Assembly (NCBI GenBank): GCA_964016885.1
Contig: OZ024752.1
Span: 30,256,001 to 30,320,000 of the forward strand
DNA from: Eledone cirrhosa
Lineage: Eukaryota
Direction of reading: 5' to 3'
DNA length: 64,000 nt
Below, one piece after another: positions 53,476 through 64,000 of the stretch. Within the stretch, counting starts at the first letter, position 1; every line of letters starts with the position of its first letter. The position numbers and the translations under genes are program-made. The notes under the pieces were generated by a model, which ran no database searches, was not told the origin of the DNA, and saw nothing but the letters and a program-made list of their open reading frames with translations.

Positions 53476-54363
53476 ATGTTCAGAGCCATCCTCAGCATTC
53501 TTGTGTAGCACCCATCCATCATCTGAGTGAGTTTCTTGGTCAGTGTCCAAGTTTCAGACCTGTACAGCAGCACAGACTCCACTACAGCAATGAAGAGGCG
53601 GATTTTCAGGTCTTTACGAAGGTTCAACTTCCACACCGATCTCAAGCTGTGGCACGCCGCCCAGGCTTTGCTCTTCCTCTCAACCACCTCATCTTCCATA
53701 TTTCCAATCTTTGCTCCCAAATACAGGAAGTCCTCAACCAATTCTAGTGGCTTCCCGCCTACATTAGTGATCCCCTCTGGCTTCTCAACATTCTCTACCA
53801 GATATTTTGTTTTAGTCTCATTCATTCTCGGCCCCACACTCATCAACACAGTCTCAATCTCCTGCATCAAATCCTCTGCCTCCTTCACTGTATTTCTCAC
53901 CAAAACTATGTCGTCGGCAAATTCAGCATCTGATATCTTTTTCGCCTTAACTCTCCTGCTCTGAGCCGGTGCTACAGTAAAGCCAGACTCCTGTAAAGCT
54001 ATTGTATGCAATGATAAAAAGGTAGGACGCTGAACATTAATCAGTATACACTGAGGATGAAAAACTCAGAGCTGTATGGGAGCCTCCCAAAAGTCAGCTC
54101 AAAAGTGACACAGAGGAGACTGAGGTTATCTGGACATGCTCACTGACATCCAGAGTTGACATTTCACTCAGTGCTCCTGTGGGAGCCCCTACATGGACAC
54201 ACTGGAAGAGGAAGACCAAGATTAACGTATGTTGATTCCCTAAGGACAGACACTTGTCTGTTGGAGATGCAGGACATGGCAGCGATAATGAGGGACAGAG
54301 ACCGCTGGAGAGAACTCGTCCATGGATCTCGGGAATTTTACCCGCCCTAGAATAGAATAGAAT
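53476..54363. mobile_element. RTE/RTEX-like LINE with 5' inversion
   Basis: 53476-~54026 (-) encodes EFADD...RMLRMALNI; ~54028-54363 (+) continues ALNIN..ELYGSLP..LLWEP..RGRP and ends in an (AATAG) tail. Confidence 0.9.
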
Positions 54364-54723
54364 ATATATATATATATATATTACCATACTATTAAAGACT
54401 TTACAGTTGGTTGGACTATATCTTGTTGAAGTGTTATAAGACTAATATATATATATATATATTACCATACTATTAAAGACTTTACAGTTGGTTGGACTAT
54501 AATTTGTTGATGTGTAATAACACTAACACACATCACCATACTGTTAAAGACTTTACAGTTCTGTTTGGATTATAATTTGTTGAAGTGTCATAAGACTAAC
54601 ACATATATCACCATATTGCTTAAGATCACACAATTCCTACCACATTTCATATTCAACTTTAAATAATATAAATGTTCTTACTTCTGTTTTTGATGTATAA
54701 ATGTATATATAGTTTTTTACAAT

Positions 54724-55041
54724 CAGGATGAGATTTAGACTTTGTGGATGCCCAGGGCACTTCAAGTTTGGGGGCAGGGGGTCTCATACACAAAAAATTC
54801 GAATGCACAACCAACCCCACAATTTTACATATTTACATATCAAAATTAGCTTGGCACAAGTAATTGGAATTGAAAAGTTATACATACAGGTATTAAATTA
54901 AAAAATTCTAACCACCCTAAACCTAAAATGTTCAGCTGAGGGCACAAATGAATTGCTATAGCTGTTATTGGTTGGGTCCCCACTGCAGGGAGCCCAGGGC
55001 AATTACCCCAACTTCCCCCCCCCCCCATTAAATCAGGCCCC
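54724..55041. mobile_element. Degraded MITE with CAGG..GATTTA / TAAATC..CC termini (hAT-like)
   Basis: Imperfect TIRs and GC-rich subterminal motifs. Confidence 0.4.
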
Positions 55042-56439
55042 GTTCACATTATTTCAATGGCGGATTGGCAGTATCGGTAGATACAGCATAGAGTTGGGGC
55101 CCTTTAAGTTCTAAGTTCAAATCCCACCAAGGTTAGCTTTGCCTTTCATCCTTACGGGGTCGATAAAATAAAGCACCAGTAATACACTGGGGTCAATTTA
55201 ATCAACTTTCTCCTACCCCTTCAAATTGCTGGCCTTGTGCCTAAACTAGAAACAATTATTTCAATATGTTAAATATTTTGAATATGTCTTTAATTTCATT
55301 TCGTAGTTAAGCTTGATAAAAATATAACATTTACACTTGTTTCATTATGTTACAGATCTTGATTATGTCATTTATTTCGTTCCATAGTTAAACTCATTAT
55401 AACATTGAAACACCCTTAGTGATAAACAGGATGATATTATAGATTCCAGGATTGTCTTCCCTGTATCTATTGAATATTCATTTATGTAATGATTTATTCT
55501 CATCACTAAGTCTGTAATTTTAAACAATGGAAATCTGTTGGCTTACTACAAGTATGTTAGTGCCTACTTTATACTTTACTATCTACAAGATAAGTTAATC
55601 TCTACCAAATCACCACCCTCGATTCTGCACCAACTTATCATGACTACCCACCAAACATTCACATACTACACTATGTCCCCACTCCACCACCACCATTTTG
55701 CATCCTATGCCAAGTCAGAGCTTAGCTTTGATAGTTTTCTATGCTAACTATCTCTGGTAGCAGCTCATGTGCTTCACCTCTGATCCTTAACTAAAGGGTG
55801 ACTGAAGCCATTCCTTTTAGGCATGTCATTTTGCATCCCACACACAACCAAAGTTCACAGCACCAAGTTCCCGGAAGTGGTTTCACTCTACAGCAGTTCA
55901 GGCACAAAATATGACTTACACTGCTTGGATAGAAAAATGTCTCTTCTATTACTCTCAAACAATGTATCTAAATGTTAGTCCCTATCCTCTCCAAACTTAT
56001 CAATCTTTCTCTCTCTCATTCTAGACTACATCTAAAGAAAGGCCACTCCACTGGCATGAAGTCAGTTGCAAACATACTCCAGCCTCTGGTCTACTGTCAT
56101 GCTGTCTCTTTTATCTTCCTTTTCTATGGCCACCAATACTACTACTACTACTACTACTATCTCCACTACCATCACCACCAATACTACCACTACCATCCCC
56201 ACCACAGGTAAATATACTACATGACTTCCATGTAGGTAAATATACTACACCACCACATGTTGACATCTATACAGGTAAATATACTATATCACCTTCCATA
56301 CAAGTAAATATACATTACACACCACATGTCAATTGAATATTACCAAGATCATTGGTAAAAGCAACACAGAAAATTATTATTGTTGAAATTAATTAAACAA
56401 TTAGTATTAACAAAAACAGAGATAGAACAGATTTGTTTT

Positions 56440-56635
56440 AAATTGTGGAAAGTGGGTTGTTATTGTAGCAGATTTGTGTGAAATTGTGGAAAGTGGGTTG
56501 TTATTGTAGCAGATTTGTGTGAAATTGTGAAAAGTGGGTTGTTATTGTAGCAGATTTGTGTGAAATTGTGGAAAGTAAGTTGTAATTAGAATAGATTTAT
56601 AGGAAATCGTGGGAAGTGGGTTGTAATTGTGGGAA
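56440..56635. repeat. ~39-bp minisatellite
   Basis: aaattgtggaaagtgggttgttattgtagcagatttgtgtg x4-5. Confidence 0.9.
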
Positions 56636-57237
56636 ATACACAGCAGTATATGTTTTGTAGGGAATACACCACAGTGTATACAGCAATCTCATGCAGGTGC
56701 TATCTCTCTAACCCTACCAAATATTAATCTAGTACTCTCATTTCCAACACCTCAAAGATGACAGAATCACTTAACAGTCCTCCTCCACAATGACCAATAA
56801 ATGGCTCCACAGGCTTTCATAAAGCCAGCTTGACTAAATAACAAAGGAAACTTTATGTGGTCACTCAATCTGCTAGAAAGAACAACCTAATTCTCTTTCA
56901 TAACACATCCAATTATCATAAATAAAAATATAGACACTTTAGATAATATAGTATTTTATACTCTTAAGAAGGATCATGGCTAGATTCGCTTTGATAAAAG
57001 ATCTTCTGGGTCAGAACTGCAAAAAGCTGTCATATGAAACTCACTATTAGTCTGTTATTTGGGAATCTCAATGATATCCAATGTTGTTGCCATGGTTATC
57101 AGTAAAACATTTGGCTAAGTCTAGAATTAGAAATTCTGATAAAGTTGCTTTGCACCTGAGCCCCACGCATTTCTTGTCTTTTGAATCAAAGGTTTTCTCC
57201 CATTGGACCCACTCTACATAAACCCGGATGCCAGTGT

Positions 57238-57740
57238 GCATCATCATCATCACCATTTAATGTCCATTTTTTCCATGCTAGCATGGGTTAGACGAGTTGT
57301 CCCTTTGTGAGACAAGACAGATCAGATGACCATATCTTGCTCATACAGAGCTTTTTCTGGTTTGGTTTCTACAGTTGGATGCCCTTCTTAACACCAAACA
57401 CATTTATAGCATGGACTGAGTGTTTTTTTTAATATGGCACCAACACAACCACTTTATAGCATGGAGTGGGTGCTTCTTATCATGGTACCAACATGACCAC
57501 TTTACGGTGTGGACTGGGTACCTTTTTTCATGTCACCAACACAACCACTTTATAGCATGGACTGGGTGTTTTTTATCATGGCACCAACACAACCACTTTA
57601 TAGCATGGAGTGGGTGCTTCTTATCATGGTACCAACATGACCACTTTACGGTGTGGACTGGGTACCTTTTTTCATGTCACCAACACAACCACTTTATAGC
57701 ATGGACTGGGTGTTTTTTATCATGGCACCAACACGACCAA
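57238..57740 (-). mobile_element. RTE 3' UTR fragment with expanded internal tandem repeat
   Basis: (CAT) tail, ccatgctagcatgg palindrome, then ~8 units of ~40 bp. Confidence 0.8.
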
Positions 57741-58488
57741 CTTTCTGGTTATTAAATAAAAGAAAACGAAATCAATGAACCAGGAGGTCAAAAACAATTC
57801 CAGTTTGTCATAGATTATTACACTGGCATTTATAAACTTTAAATCATTGAAAAGAAAATGAATGGGAAAAGAATAAATTGCCATTTTGGCAAGAGAGAGA
57901 ATATTTACTGCAGAATATATAAAGATAAGGTGTAATAAATAACTGTCAATGAAAAATGTTGTGAAATGGGGGGAATGTTGTATGTGGGGTGCAGGGGATC
58001 AGTGGAGGAGAGGAATCACTTCAAAGAAATGCCAAAAAACATAAATACGAAGCAGAAAGGAAATTTATAAGTGATCATCATGATAATTAAAACAAAATAA
58101 ATAGCTTGAGAAACTATTTCACTTCCCTAAATGTCAGAAATTAAAGATTTGAAAAAAAAAAATGTAATTAGTTCTGAAGACAACATCAAGAAGAAAGCTG
58201 TGCAAGACTTATTCTGCCAAATTTTCATCTGAAACTCTTAAAGGTTTTTTTTATTGATGCAATTCATTGAAGGATGTGTATGATTGATCACAGTGATTAG
58301 ATATCATCATCATCATCCCTGTTTAATGTCCATTTTTCCACGTTAGCATCATCATCATCATCGTTTAACGTCTATCTTCCACGCTAGCATGGGTTGGATG
58401 GGTTTGTCCCATTTGAGGCAAGATTGGTCGGGTGACCGTGTCTCGCTTGTACAGAACTGTTTCTGGCAGGATGCTCTTCCTAAATGCT

Positions 58489-58524
58489 AGTTCTGAAGAG
58501 GTAACTAACCGAAACTGCTAAGCT
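58489..58524 (+). ncRNA. Degenerate minimal hammerhead-like motif
   Basis: AGTT-CTGAAGA-GGT aacta ACC-GAAAC tg CTA-AGCT; stem III mismatch. Confidence 0.55.
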
Positions 58525-58709
58525 TGTGGCATGTCCTCTACTTTTACTAATATAACTACTCTACATCATATCATGTATCAAGTACTTCTTTGATTGAGGT
58601 TTTCCTGATCCCAATACCGCAGACTATCAATATATATATATATATAGTGAACCATGGTATAGCGGGGGATTACTCTATCTATCTATCTATCTATCTATAT
58701 CCTCATCTT

Positions 58710-59643
58710 CATCATCATCATCATCATTTAACGTCCATCTTCCATGCTTGCATGGGTTTGGACGGGAGTTTTCCCACTTGAGGCAAGAGTGGTTGTCTTG
58801 CTCGCATAGGACTGTCTGGCGGGTTTTCTACGGCTGGATGCCCTTCCTAACACCAACCACGTTTACAGTGTGGACTGGGAGGTTTTTACCGTGTTGCCTA
58901 CATGGCCACATTACAGCGTGGACTGTGTGTTTTTTTGTCATGACACCTACACGACCTCATTTGTTTCAGACTGGATGTTGTGGTACCAACATAACTTTAC
59001 ATTGAAAGGGGTGGTGTGGATGGGGTGGGGGTAGTGGGATGGGGTGTATTTTTGTTAGAGGTGCCTACTGACTGTAGTAGGTTTCACTTTGTACTTAGGT
59101 AAGGCGGGTCTTCTCTATTACTGTGTAGCGCCAAAGGTCTCGGTCCAGTGACATTGTTTTGGAGAGGTGTAAGTGTGAGAGGTCGGAATTTATCAAGTCG
59201 TCCCAGGTTTTTCTGGGTCTGCCTACTCCGTGGCTACCGTCTATTTTTATTGCCCTGCACTTTTTTATACAGCTGTCGTCTTTCATGCGCATCACGTGAC
59301 CATACCAACGTAGTCTTCTCTCGAGCAAACAACATCTGATCCCTCTTATTTCTAATTTTTTCCTTAGTTCGTTTATGCTTTGCCGTTCACGTATATTACT
59401 GTTACACATCCAGCGGAGCATGCAAGCTTCGTTCCTCTCCAGTCTGCGTATATCCTCTGCACACAATGCCCAGGTCTCACTGCCATGTTACATTGCTGTT
59501 CGTATGCAGGCATCATACAGCCTACCTTTCATTTTTAGAGAGAACCCTTTAGCGGCTAATAGTGGTATAAGCTCTCTGAACTTTTTCCATCCAGTTCTGA
59601 CTCTAGCTACTGTACTTTCAGAGCACCTTCCACCACTGTTGAT
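58710..59643 (-). mobile_element. 5'-truncated RTE copy, diverged subfamily
   Basis: SGGRCSESTVARVRTGWKKFREL..LRWYGHV..GRPRKTW; 3' UTR and (ATG) tail. Confidence 0.93.
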
Positions 59644-59654
59644 ATATATATATA

Positions 59655-60279
59655 TAGTAATCCCCCGCTTTATCACGGTTCACTTTTCGCAGCACTGCTA
59701 CATCGCAGATTTTTCTTTGCAATGTATTTAATTTTCTATTGCGGTAACCCTTGGTACATTGCGGATTTTTTGTTGGAACATATCTATATTCTTATCGCGG
59801 TACGTACGTCTGAAAAAAAGTTTTTAAATTTTAAACTTATTAAATAAGTTTTGATGTAATTGAAGTGTATAACGTAAGGAAGGGCATCTTAAGGCTTTAA
59901 CTATACAAAAATGTTTTTATTTTTCATTCCATTACTGTTTTACTGATTGTGTTTTTCTCTAATCTACTACAAACCCTTCATGACGGGAGATGTGCAGTGT
60001 ATTACCAAGTGGCTAACATGGTTGGTAATGGTCGTCATTGGTAACTAGTGGTATGTTCGCTGGTAATAGTTTCAATACGATATTTACTGGGTGTTTTTAG
60101 TGTTTAAATACAAAAGTGTGTTTTAATGAGTTTATATGTACTTAAAGCACGTAGGAGAGGTATTTTAAGTCTTAAACTAAGAAAACAATGGTTGTCTTTA
60201 GAGTCTCTCTATATCGCGGATTTTCATTTATCGCAGTTGGTTATGGAATGTATCCCCCATGATAAACGGAAGATTACTG
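59655..60279. mobile_element. pogo/Tigger-like MITE
   Basis: TIRs AGTAATCCCCCGCTTTATCACGG / CCATGATAAACGGAAGATTACTG with TA flanks. Confidence 0.75.
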
Positions 60280-60484
60280 TATATATATAATGAAGGAAGT
60301 GTGGTAAGGAACCAGGTGGACCATAACACACCAGAGTACTCAATACTTAGGGTAGTAGAGTGGGTAATAGGAAAATGTTCAAGACCCCGACGGCAGAGCT
60401 ATGACGTCGGGGTCTTGAACATTTTTATTTTTATATATATAAGGCCAAGGCTCTAACCACTAAGCCATGTGCCTCCATCGTATG

Positions 60485-60527
<43 letters not shown>

Positions 60528-60530
60528 TCA

Positions 60531-60870
60531 ATGGAGGCACATGGCTTAGTGGTTAGAGCCTTGGCCTTGCAATCAAAAGGTTGTGAGTTCAATTCTCAGA
60601 CCGGGTGATGTGTTGTTTCCTTGAGCAAGACACTTTATTTCACATTGCTCCAGTTTACTCAGCTGTAGAAATGAGATGATAGGACTGGGGTCCCTATCAT
60701 TCCACTGCAAAGTGGTCGTGGAGGCGCCACGGCAAAAAAGCACCCAGCACTCACTGTAAATGAGGTTGGTGTTAGGAAGGGCATCCAGCTGTAGAAATCA
60801 AGCCAGAATCAGTTCCCGTCCCACCCTTGCAAGCAGGGAAAAGTGAACGTAAAATGATGATGATGATGAT
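60531..60870 (+). mobile_element. tRNA-derived CORE-like SINE with RTE-derived 3' half
   Basis: A box TGGCTTAGTGG, B box GAGTTCAATTC, CCTTGAGCAAGACACTT core; 60720-60805 matches the RTE 3' UTR (~32970-33105); (ATG) tail. Confidence 0.9.
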
Positions 60871-60959
60871 ATATATATATAGTGAGAGAGAGAGAAAGAG
60901 CAGGGGGACTGGAAAAAAGGTGAGAGCAGAGTGTGATACCATAATACTATACAACTAGG

Positions 60960-61380
60960 AAATAGACAAGAAGAGTACATAGCTAAGAGTAAGCCTCTGG
61001 ACATAATGTTTGCGGATCTTGAGAAGACCTTTGACCAGAGTTCTCTCCTCCATAACTTGGGGGTTGCTTAGGAAGTTAAGTGTAAATAAATGGCTTGTGA
61101 GGGCCATACAAATCATGTATAGTTGTGCAACCAGAAAAAATGTCAGATGGCAATAAATAGAGTGATGAACTTTGGGCGAAAATGGGCTCAATTCTAAATC
61201 CCTTTCAATTTATAATTGTTCTTCAAGCCATAATACAAAAGTTTAAGACTGGATGTTCTCTGGAACTCATATAATAAAAGCCTACTTCATATAACTGATT
61301 ATGTAGAAGAGTTAATTCCAGACATGGAAGAAAATTCAAGAATCAAAAAGCTTAAAAGTAAATTTAGCAAAGACATAGTT
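60960..61380 (+). mobile_element. Degraded RTE RT fragment
   Basis: QEEYIAKSKPL..FADLEKTFD..LRKLSVNKWLVRAIQIMY..EFKTGC remnants. Confidence 0.75.
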
Positions 61381-61536
61381 ATCATGTTACCCTTTATCAT
61401 TCTGGGGCCTTACACCAACCACAGAGCTTGTCTATAGCCTTCAGTAGGTTATCTGGTAGGAATCTCCACAGTACTGTTATGTTATAAGTCTTTAACTTTT
61501 CTTGCTTGCTGTTATAAGTAACAAGCAGGGAACCCC

Positions 61537-61771
61537 TTAACCCCTTAACTTTAGCATTCACATTACTCTATATTTACTATTGTATTTTCAGAGTAAAGGC
61601 TGAATCTTACATAATTATCTCAGATAATATTGAATCTATGAGATTTTGATGTTATTTATCTTGAGAACAATACCTTAATGTATGTATGAGTGGCCAGTTA
61701 TGGCCAGTTTGAACAGAAAAAGGTGAGAGAATTCTGGCCAGATATGACTGGTTTAAATGCTAAAGGGTTAA
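61537..61771. mobile_element. piggyBac-like MITE family A
   Basis: TTAA..CTTTAGCATT ... AATGCTAAAGGG-TTAA. Confidence 0.85.
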
Positions 61772-61988
61772 GTTCTGACATAAGGGGCAAGCAGGGCATC
61801 CCTGAATTTGTTATCAGCTGAGGTCTCACTGCTTCCATGTCTTCTTTCCTTCAAATAGCTTTCTCTCCCTGAGGTTGCCTAGCTTTGACTCTGAAACTGC
61901 TAATCATTAAATTAAGTTGGCTCATACATACTAGGGAGAAACTTTGTGTTTAAAACCATCAGACTATATTCATTTCTAGTGAAGATAA

Positions 61989-62191
61989 AATCTATCTGGC
62001 TTGTGTGCTTGCCTGACTTGTAGATGATCAGGTGACAGGCCAGTTTCCCAAAGTTAGTGTTGCAGATAGAAAGATCATTTGCGTTATATATATATATATA
62101 TATAATCTTTCTATCTGCAACACTAACTTTGGGAAACTGGCCTGTCACCTGATCATCTACAAGTCAGGCAAGCACACAAGCCAGATAGATT
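61989..62191. repeat. Perfect 87-bp inverted repeat of an RTE endonuclease fragment
   Basis: Arms 61989-62075 and 62105-62191; encodes ICNTNFGKLACHLIIYKSGKHTSQID on both strands. Confidence 0.95.
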
Positions 62192-63542
62192 ATATATATA
62201 TAATCATTATCATATGTATATAATATATATACAAATAATTGCTTTTTTTCTGAAGCTGGACTTCTTCAGAATCATGTCAACATAACCCTATGGAAAAACT
62301 GAAGCTAATAAAACAAAACAAAACAAAACTAAAAAACATATCATAATGCAGCTTTCATGTGAGATTTATATTCACTTTTCTGTTTGGCAATTACTTGGGA
62401 GATGGTGGTAAAGTGCTGTAAAAATACATACTAAATCAATACCATCAAATCTTATATTTCTTCATGTTAGAAACCATTACTCGAAATTCTTCAGGGTAGT
62501 AAGTTTGTTTGTGCAAAAATTTTCATGTAAAAAATAAATAAATAAAATAAAATAAAATAAAATAAAAACAAGTTTAAAAGCAACTCAGCATAAAAAATTG
62601 TATATAATTTACATTCACATTACTTGTCTAATAAAAGTCTATTAGAAATATCACTGCAAATTCTAACACCATCAACATCATCATCATGTTATGGCCATTT
62701 TTTCCATGTTTGCATACTGTATATATTTCAGACCTTGACCTTTAACTTGAATAAGACGGGTATGAATACAATAAGACTTTTCAAGTACTTCTGATTCTGA
62801 ATGAAAAATCTATCCATAAACCAACCAAGATAATTAGTGAAACTTAAGAGTTAAAAGAAATGGCAGACTATTGATTCAGTCTCAATGGCTTAATGTAAAC
62901 TATCCCTGATTCATTTTTTAAAATTCAGAATACATTTTAGTATAGATCTCATAGTTCTTTGCAAAGTCATCTAAAATTTGATGTTAGCAACTCAGACATA
63001 CAAAAAAATATGTATTTTTATTTAGGTTATCTGATATATCAATCCTATCGACTCGTTTCATTATACACTTTGTTACTTTCTATTTCAATTAAAATTTTTG
63101 ATTTTGGTTAATTTCAAGTGAAAAAAATCCATGGTTTAAATGAATGTCTGAATAAGAACACTAAGTCAGGAGCTTAAAAAAAGAGGTAGTGATGCAAAAA
63201 ACAAAGCTTGAAATATGGAAAGGTTTAAGTTAAAAATGAACTCAGTCAGTATTAAACTATAAGACACTAGCAAAAGTAAATAGTTTCAGAAAATATCTCA
63301 AACCTGATTGGTTACTTCAAATATTTGGTAGCACCTTTACTACTGAACAGATTGTTGTTAAAATTAGTTGTAAACTAAAGTAAAGACCTTAATGTTTAAT
63401 GTGATGCTGTTTCGTATTTTTCACATATGTCTTACAAATGCTGTTTCATGTTGTACAGACAGTGCTGGACTTAACTATAAGCTAAATAGGCTATAGCTTA
63501 GGGTCACACACTTTAACACTAAATCATAAAAAATTCTCTCTC

Positions 63543-63642
63543 TATATATATATATATATCATCATCATCATCATCATCATCGTTTAACGTCCATCTTCCA
63601 CGCTAGCATGTACATATATATATATATATCTGTGTGTATATA

Positions 63643-63684
<42 letters not shown>

Positions 63685-63689
63685 TATAT

Positions 63690-63733
<44 letters not shown>

Positions 63734-63917
63734 ATATATATATATGTGTGTGTATATATATATATATGTGTGTATATATATATATATGTGTGTATATATA
63801 TATATATGTGTGTATATATGTATATATATGTGTGTATATATATATATATATATGTGTATATATATATATATATGTGTGTATATATATATATGTATGTATA
63901 TATATATATATATATAC
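63543..63917. repeat. (AT)n/(GT)n microsatellite containing a ~50-bp RTE 3' stub
   Basis: (CAT)n-cgtttaacgtccatcttccacgctagcatg at 63558-63610. Confidence 0.93.
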
Positions 63918-64000
63918 AGGGTGCGGACGATATTTGTTTGCAAGATTACTGTCTAGGAAAAAATAACACAGTAGTTTTATTATTTTAAGATATATTTATC

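Larger units (their letters stand above)
52830..54620. repeat. ~70-bp minisatellite split by insertions at 53047-54363
   Basis: aaagactttacagttggttggactatatcttgttgaagtgttataagactaa on both sides. Confidence 0.85.

Noticed and set aside
60531-60605. tRNA-like A/B boxes (also 21510, 24540, 46905)
   Set aside because: They continue into SINE bodies and tails; no complete cloverleaf.
63916-64000. TA-CAGGGTG start of a possible Tc1/mariner TIR
   Set aside because: The partner TIR lies outside the window, so it cannot be confirmed.

Overview
AT-rich, repeat-dense animal genomic DNA. The SINE/LINE set and very long (AT)n/(ATG)n tracts suggest an octopod cephalopod (inference). No intact host CDS is evident; most ORFs in the track are microsatellite artefacts or LINE fragments. 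Mobile elements include a near full-length disabled RTE LINE (13415-16821, -) with many truncated relatives, CR1-, CRE- and RTE/RTEX-like fragments, about 17 copies of a Meta-domain-like tRNA SINE, a SINE sharing the RTE 3' end, TTAA-flanked piggyBac-like MITEs, a pogo-like MITE and many minisatellites. Three less obvious signals stand out. (1) Five type-I hammerhead-ribozyme-like motifs, one inside a highly structured 310-bp unit with 52-bp terminal redundancy (retrozyme/circRNA-like). (2) A chain of about 17 exon-like segments on the + strand (146-51309) with TGA-biased in-frame stops, suggesting a decayed spliced gene. (3) Recurrent local inverted copies embedded in (TA)n tracts.
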